A stretch of DNA of 64,000 nt from a virus: IMG/VR virus record IMGVR_UViG_3300011977_000001. One strand, 5' to 3'. Positions within the stretch are counted from its first letter, which is position 1; every line of letters begins with the position of its first letter. Made by a program: the position numbers and the translations under genes. This document shows positions 62,126 through 64,000 of the stretch, one piece after another. The notes below the pieces were generated by a model. That model was not told the DNA's origin. It saw only the letters and a list, made by a program, of their open reading frames with translations, and searched no databases.

Positions 62126-62130
62126 ATTTC

Positions 62131-62379
62131 TTATGCTACCTCCTGCTGCTGTGCATACCTCTCGGCACGCTTCTCTGCTTTCACCTTTTCTTTATAGTCA
62201 TCCATGAACTGGTCATAGAGGAGATAGCTGTAAAGCTCGTAACAAACGATAGAAAACGCTGAGATGAACCACATCTTCGGCACCGTATCCGGTCTCACTG
62301 CTGCAAAAAAACCTATTACGCCGGCAGCTGTAATCAGCTTCGCTTTGATCTTGTTCTTGATCTTCACCATGCGGTACAT
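62131..62379 (-). CDS. hypothetical membrane protein
   Basis: 82-aa ORF with two hydrophobic segments (LITAAGVIGFFAAV; WFISAFSIVCYELYSYLL). Confidence 0.5.
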   Translation of the reverse strand: MYRMVKIKNKIKAKLITAAGVIGFFAAVRPDTVPKMWFISAFSIVCYELYSYLLYDQFMDDYKEKVKAEKRAERYAQQQEVA

Positions 62380-62936
62380 TCATACCCTCTCTTTCTCGGC
62401 CTAGCCGTTACATATGTCGTTCCACGTGAGTTCAGATTCATTTTTACTTTCTTGCCGCAATTCAGGCAGTTATATCTGATTTCCATTGCGGTCTCATTCG
62501 TTTTGTACTTGAAGTGTGCACCGCAAGTACAATCCATGTAGGCCATTTTCAGGTCAGGCAGTGGTGTTATCGCTCCGCATTCCGAACATCTATATTCGCT
62601 GATCGGATTTCTGGCATTGAATGCTCTCAGTTTTCGGCATCTATCGCATCGAATCAGAAGGAATCCTTTGTACTTCTTAGGCTCCGTAATTGCTCCTACT
62701 GTCTCTCCATCTGAATTAGACGGAAACCCGATCACCGTTGAGTCCTTAGGCATTTCTGCTACTGTTACAAGCCCATCCGTCCCGGTCTGTTTAAGCTCCT
62801 CATCCGGAATGATCATATCTGGCTGAATTTCTTCTCCAGGCTGGACCACAATCATGCGCTCCCTCGCATAGTTGATTACGTCCCAGGCATCATCCTGAGA
62901 CATCGGAAAATCAAACCCGTTGATCGTCAGAACCAT
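62364..62936 (-). CDS. hypothetical protein with multiple CxxC zinc-ribbon motifs
   Basis: 190-aa ORF. The C-terminal half carries CDRC, CSEC, C.C and CLNC pairs. Confidence 0.55.
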   Translation of the reverse strand: MVLTINGFDFPMSQDDAWDVINYARERMIVVQPGEEIQPDMIIPDEELKQTGTDGLVTVAEMPKDSTVIGFPSNSDGETVGAITEPKKYKGFLLIRCDRCRKLRAFNARNPISEYRCSECGAITPLPDLKMAYMDCTCGAHFKYKTNETAMEIRYNCLNCGKKVKMNLNSRGTTYVTARPRKRGYECTAW

Positions 62937-63047
62937 TTAATTTTCGCTCCCTTTCTTTGTTACTCAACTAGGTCCTACGCTGTAATAATACACTTTATAC
63001 AGTGTATTTTCTACTGGCAAAACGCACAATAAATCATCTTTTCTTTT

Positions 63048-63076
63048 ATTATAACTGCACATATGTGCGTTGTATA
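63048..63076 (-). promoter_or_regulatory. candidate promoter: ACGCAC-ATAT-GTGCAG palindrome immediately followed by TATAAT
   Basis: The minus strand reads TATACA-ACGCACATATGTGCAG-T-TATAAT. The palindrome is at 63055..63070 and -10 at 63048..63053. The architecture is the same as at 47402..47430. Confidence 0.45.
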
Positions 63077-63098
63077 GACAAAATTTGAAAAATCTCCC

Positions 63099-63284
63099 TC
63101 AAGTCTTGCTTTCTCCCTCATCCATGACAATCTCCGCTTGACATTCTGTCTGGTCCTTACCAGCAACGGTAAGCTCAAATGCACACTGTATTCTATTATG
63201 CTTATCCGTATATGCGATCGGACATTCAAAACAGTCTCCCGGTTTCCATCTTCTGGAAACGAAAAACTCAATCTTTGCTTTCAT
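63099..63284 (-). CDS. hypothetical small protein
   Basis: ATG 63284 (MKAKIEFFV...) follows GAGAGG. The track start at 63308 overlaps the upstream gene further. Confidence 0.4.
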   Translation of the reverse strand: MKAKIEFFVSRRWKPGDCFECPIAYTDKHNRIQCAFELTVAGKDQTECQAEIVMDEGESKT

Positions 63285-63549
63285 CTTTCGCCTCTCTCGG
63301 AATCGCATCTGCGCAATACCACTTGTAGCTCGGAATCTTTTTCATACCATGATTGCAGAACTCTAATCCATATTGGTCTTTCACTCTGTGTCCACAGCTC
63401 TCACAGTGGATGATCTTTTCTGTATCAATCACTTCAGCTACATAGATTGCGTATTTTGCTGCATCCAAGCCAGCGCAGTATTCCTCGCTCTTGTTCTCGT
63501 AATAGCCATTGATTTCATTCAGTACATCAGCTTTCTTGATCAGTTCCAT
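63268..63549 (-). CDS. hypothetical small Zn-ribbon protein
   Basis: 93-aa ORF with CESCGH...C.H. Confidence 0.45.
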   Translation of the reverse strand: MELIKKADVLNEINGYYENKSEEYCAGLDAAKYAIYVAEVIDTEKIIHCESCGHRVKDQYGLEFCNHGMKKIPSYKWYCADAIPREAKDESKD

Positions 63550-63877
63550 TTTGGTCTCCTAAGTCCATGCGGGCTCCACAATAAGGGCAATACTTGTATG
63601 TTTTGTTTGTATCCATCGCTACATTTCGAATCGTGATCTCTCCGCACTCTGAGCAGCGCCAGGATGTGGATATTCCAGGGTCAATCGGCTCGACTATCAG
63701 CCACTTACCATGCCTTATCATATCCGCATCCTCTTTGGGTGCGTCTTCCAGAATCGTTTTGATCAAATGTTCACACGCATTTACGAAATTCTCTTCTTTT
63801 GGGTCTACGTTTCCGCATCCAAACATTCTAGGCAGGTCAGAAATCAATTTATCAGCGTTAATCAGTTTAGCCATCAA
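63527..63877 (-). CDS. hypothetical Zn-ribbon protein
   Basis: 116-aa ORF with CSECGE...CPYCGA near the C-terminus. Confidence 0.5.
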   Translation of the reverse strand: MMAKLINADKLISDLPRMFGCGNVDPKEENFVNACEHLIKTILEDAPKEDADMIRHGKWLIVEPIDPGISTSWRCSECGEITIRNVAMDTNKTYKYCPYCGARMDLGDQNGTDQES

Positions 63878-64000
63878 TCTCCCTGGTCCTTCCTCTCAAT
63901 CTCCACTCTCGTGGATTCATACCTTCTAGCTTACAAAATCCGTACTGATCTCCAAGCTCGCAATTCAAACAGCTTTCTGTCTTCGTGCACAGCTTCCTGA

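Noticed and set aside
1-64000. I considered CRISPR arrays, rRNA genes and stop-codon reassignment.
   Set aside because: I saw no regularly spaced direct repeats and no rRNA-like segments. Long ORFs, including ones of 1820, 1712, 582 and 567 aa, are intact under the standard code, so recoding is not needed to explain the gene structure.
63930-64000. A partial minus-strand ORF enters from the right edge (...EAVHEDRKLFELRAWRSVRIL, stop at 63930..63932).
   Set aside because: Only about 23 codons are visible. That is too short to support a call or a function.

Overview
This window is a 64 kb stretch of a contractile-tailed phage or prophage of Firmicutes type, judged from GGAGG-like Shine-Dalgarno sites and a PBSX/Xkd-like tail and baseplate gene order. 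Nearly all genes are on the minus strand. Only an XRE-type regulator (6008..6253) and an inserted IS110-family transposase (47829..49007) are on the plus strand.

Gene order in the direction of transcription (high to low coordinates):
- small Zn-ribbon genes
- a 530 bp non-coding tRNA-like locus (61.6-62.1 kb)
- small and large terminase, then portal
- a cargo island of about 23 kb (56.6-33.7 kb)
- 2H-phosphoesterase/XkdF-like protein, scaffold, decoration protein and major capsid protein
- connectors, sheath, tube, and a tail chaperone with a -1 frameshift site
- a 1820-aa tape measure, then the baseplate
- tail fibre genes ending in a complete diversity-generating retroelement (target, avd, TR, RT; 13.3-10.3 kb)
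- a secreted Ig-like metzincin
- two holin-like genes and a three-domain endolysin
- a bidirectional terminator and the XRE regulator
- early genes, including Lar-like, dUTPase, Dam methylase and a Hint-domain ORF cut by the left edge

The most unusual feature is the cargo island inside the head-morphogenesis module.
- At least 11 genes start with the same short N-terminal leader, consensus M-A-K-x-F-x-E-I-K-K.
- The core motif K-Y-N-P-Y-H-G-K-D-G-K-F-T-x-G occurs 16 times, always at the N-terminal boundary of a different domain.
- Tagged domains include MuF, three HEAGH metallopeptidases, three ADP-ribosyltransferases, ParB-like, papain-like, a RelA/SpoT-type synthetase, a zeta-type kinase and several unknown domains.
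- Several toxin-like modules are followed by small candidate immunity genes.
- I interpret this as a leader-tagged arsenal of capsid-packaged, injected effectors. That interpretation is inference.

All functional names come from motif recognition by eye. No database search was run.
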